A stretch of DNA of 63,943 nt, filler included, from an uncultured Methanosarcinales archaeon (GTDB lineage Archaea > Nanobdellota > Nanobdellia > Woesearchaeales > CAZXZL01), in the NCBI GenBank assembly GCA_964645415.1. It is 8 parts of 8 records of this genome, joined end to end, with 100 filler letters (N's around TTAATTAATTAA, not from the genome) between each part and the next. Parts side by side here need not be neighbours in the genome. Positions count along the whole stretch, not along the records: positions 59,130 to 63,943 come from CAZXZL010000055.1; 7 more parts are not named here. One strand, written 5' to 3'. Shown here in pieces: positions 61,343 through 63,943 of this stretch. Under the pieces are notes generated by a model that worked only from the letters and a program-made list of their open reading frames with translations, searched no databases and was not told the origin of the DNA. The position numbers and the translations under genes are program-made. Numbering within the stretch: the first letter of the stretch is position 1; each line of letters begins with the position of its first letter.

Positions 61343-62292
61343 TTATTTTTCTTTTTAATTTTTGCAATATAAAAACCTTCAGTATCATTATCTTGTGGAT
61401 ATAATCGAAGAGTTCTTTTTATTGACTCATCGTATTTTTTTCCATTAAATTCAAGAATTGGTGAAGAAGATTCTAAGTTTAAGTTAATTTTTTCTAAAGT
61501 TACATTATCTCTTTTCATTAATAAAAAATTAACAACTTCTTCATTTTCTTCAGGTTCTAAACTACAAGTTGAATAAACTAAAGTACCGCCTTCTTTTAAA
61601 TTATCAAAAGCAGTCAAAATCAGACTTTTTTGTAGTTTACTTAATCTTTTTATTCCACCAGGATTCCATTTCTTTAGAGTACTTAAACTTTTTCTTATCG
61701 TCCCAGAACCAGTACAAGGAGCATCTAGTAAGATTTTATCAAAAGTTCCTTTAATATACCTTGCATCTTTAGTTGTTATAATGGTATTTAATATACCACA
61801 TCTTTGAATATTTAATCCTAAAGCTTGAACTCTTTTAAAATTAGGATCATTAGAAACTAATACACCTTTATTATCCATATAAGATGCTATTTGTGTTGAC
61901 TTACTTCCTGGAGCAGCTGCCATATCTAAGATAATATCATTTGGTTTTGGATCTAATACTATTGGAGGAATCATACTAGCAGCTTCTTGAATATATATAT
62001 AACCTAATTTGTGTTCGATCAAATTTCCAAAATCATATCTATCATCTTCTTTGTGTTCTATCCAAAAACCTTCTTTACACCAAGGAACTTTTTCAAGATT
62101 ATATCCTTTACTTTCTATCTTTGATTTCAACTCATTGACTTTTATTTTAAGAGTATTTACTCTAATACTTCTTTTTAAAAATCGAAGAGAATAATCAATA
62201 AAATTGTTATATCTATCTCCTAAAAGTTTTTTATATCTTTTTTTAAAACCTTCTTTTATTTCTATATCCTCTTTAGGTATTTTTTTTGCCAT
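61339..62292 (-). CDS. NOL1/NOP2/Sun family RNA m5C methyltransferase
   Basis: IQEAASMIP, LDMAAAPGSKS, ILLDAPCTG, VYSTCS..PEENE. Confidence 0.95.
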   Translation of the reverse strand: MAKKIPKEDIEIKEGFKKRYKKLLGDRYNNFIDYSLRFLKRSIRVNTLKIKVNELKSKIESKGYNLEKVPWCKEGFWIEHKEDDRYDFGNLIEHKLGYIYIQEAASMIPPIVLDPKPNDIILDMAAAPGSKSTQIASYMDNKGVLVSNDPNFKRVQALGLNIQRCGILNTIITTKDARYIKGTFDKILLDAPCTGSGTIRKSLSTLKKWNPGGIKRLSKLQKSLILTAFDNLKEGGTLVYSTCSLEPEENEEVVNFLLMKRDNVTLEKINLNLESSSPILEFNGKKYDESIKRTLRLYPQDNDTEGFYIAKIKKKNN

Positions 62293-63306
62293 TTAGTTGT
62301 AAGCTTTACTAATATGTAATATTAAATCAAGAAAAGAAAAGAATGAATCTTTTTGTATAATTTCATGTTCATATTCAGAGAAATCAAGATAATAATTTAA
62401 TCTTTTTTCTTTTTCAGGAATTTCTTCTATCAACTCTTTTAAAATAGTTAGAATTTTTTGATTACTGTATTTTTCAGAAAGCCAAATAAGGGATTTCCGT
62501 GATTTTTTAAAATTTCCATTTCTAATATTATTTTTAAATTTAGTAATATCATTATCTTGAAGTGATTTTTTAAAGTCCAATACTGATTTAGGATTGATTT
62601 TAATATTTTCTATTTTCAATAAGTTCAAAAACAGTAATGATTTAGAAAGATCACCTTTATAAAAAGAGTAAATTAATTGAATTGTTTTATCATTTAGTTC
62701 AATATTTTCTTTTTTTGAAATATCGTTAAATAATTTTGAAAATTCTTCTAAAGATGGTCTTGAAAATCGAATAGTTCTACAACGACTTTTAATTGGACTA
62801 ATAAAAGCATCAATTTGAGATGTAATAAAAATGAATCTAGTATTATGTGAAGTTTTTTCAATTAAAACTCTGAAAGCCTGTTGTGCTTTTTTATCTAAGT
62901 AGTGAGCTTCATTAATAATTATAATTCTAAAAGGGACATCACCAAATTTTTGAGTATTTGCAATATCTTTTAAGGATTCAATATTATTTCTTTTTGCATA
63001 CCTTGATTCGGAGTAAGTATAATCTTCTTTGCTTTTACCTAAAAGTAAACCACCATATACAGAAGCATTCCACCAAGTAAGATTATTATTTTTAAATTTC
63101 CCAAGTACATTTTTAGCAACAAGTTTTGAAAAAGTTTTCTTACCTGATCCTTTTGGTCCAAATAGAATAAGGTTAGTAATATCTTTGTTTTTAATTAACT
63201 TAATTAAATTTTCAGGGATTTCAATATTTTTAGTATAATCATTAAAAGTTTTAGGACGATATTTTTCTAAAAAATGATTTTTTAGTTCAATTTCATTTCC
63301 TGCCAT
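62293..63306 (-). CDS. Second, divergent RFC small subunit
   Basis: FLEKYRP, GPKGSGKKT, WNAS, INEAH, AQQAFR, KSRC. Confidence 0.88.
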   Translation of the reverse strand: MAGNEIELKNHFLEKYRPKTFNDYTKNIEIPENLIKLIKNKDITNLILFGPKGSGKKTFSKLVAKNVLGKFKNNNLTWWNASVYGGLLLGKSKEDYTYSESRYAKRNNIESLKDIANTQKFGDVPFRIIIINEAHYLDKKAQQAFRVLIEKTSHNTRFIFITSQIDAFISPIKSRCRTIRFSRPSLEEFSKLFNDISKKENIELNDKTIQLIYSFYKGDLSKSLLFLNLLKIENIKINPKSVLDFKKSLQDNDITKFKNNIRNGNFKKSRKSLIWLSEKYSNQKILTILKELIEEIPEKEKRLNYYLDFSEYEHEIIQKDSFFSFLDLILHISKAYN

Positions 63307-63435
63307 AGTAATTGATTAAAGTCCTTTTTTTTATGTTTTTCTCTTAATAAATATAATTTTATCAAAAGTCACATTAAAACTAATAAAATAATAAACAATT
63401 AATATAAATTTAGAAATCAAATAATACTATATCAT

Positions 63436-63625
63436 AATTTAAGAGGAATTTTATACAAGATTAAAAACTTATAAAAATAAAAAATCTACTGATTTTTTTC
63501 ACATAAGTAAAACCTAATAAAAAAAGAATAAAAAGAGTATAAAATTCCGATAAAACTTTAATTAGATGAAAAGCGAATACACATTCTTTACCTAAACACG
63601 AATACAATCATCGAAGATGAATAAA
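63436..63625 (-). repeat. TATTCG units plus IR-bounded element, homologous to 52095-52314
   Basis: IR GGAATTTTATAC 63445-63456 / GTATAAAATTCC 63537-63548; CGAATAC at 63574 and 63599. Confidence 0.8.
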
Positions 63626-63690
63626 CTTTTAAAAAAAATTGTTTTTAATTTAATGAAATCTACTTTTTTTAGATTTCTTTTTATAATTGA

Positions 63691-63943
63691 TTTCCAAAAG
63701 GAAGTCAATGTTTAGAAGATGATTGTTCTTATATTGATTCTCGTGACTTAGAAGGTTTAAGTGATAGTTTTGACACTTATACAATTTATAATCCTTCTAA
63801 ATATGATTTTGAAAACTTTAAAATAGATTCTTTAACTAGTTGTGGTATTGAATATAGAGGGATTTGTTATGATAATCTTGGAGTTGAAATTGATGATGAT
63901 ACTAGTGAATGTGATATTGGAAGTTGTAAGCAAATAGGTTGTA
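63691..63943 (+). CDS. Open Cys/Asp-rich reading frame running off the window end, no clear start
   Basis: KGSQCLEDDCSYID...SCGIEYRGICYD...ECDIGSCKQIGC; preceded by an in-frame TGA. Confidence 0.35.

Noticed and set aside
63653..63943. Programmed -1 frameshift joining ATG 63653 to the Cys-rich frame
   Set aside because: No canonical slippery heptamer at a usable position; sequencing error or gene remnant is equally likely, and the window truncates it.

Overview
Very AT-rich archaeal genomic DNA, most consistent with a DPANN archaeon of the Woesearchaeota/Nanoarchaeota type (PolD large subunit, AglB, archaellum, histones, Kae1, archaeal AlaRS/SerRS, RFC, Pop5-like). The lineage call is an inference from gene content. 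The window is eight contigs joined by seven artificial 100-nt N-TTAATTAATTAA-N linkers, so adjacency across gaps is unproven. It holds about 60 CDS and two tRNAs. The most unusual feature is a modular interspersed repeat family at about 15 intergenic loci, including many contig ends. Its core is a 9-bp hairpin with compensatory substitutions and a strand-specific G.T pair, and it looks REP/BIME-like, with no transposase in the window. Other highlights: an SLT+LysM peptidoglycan-type hydrolase, an RFC paralogue with eukaryotic Rfc5-like degenerate motifs, a coupled pair of divergent histones, an ATPase gene bracketed by a 47-bp direct repeat, a TrmB-SLOG-kinase operon, and a compact archaellum operon with a candidate operator.
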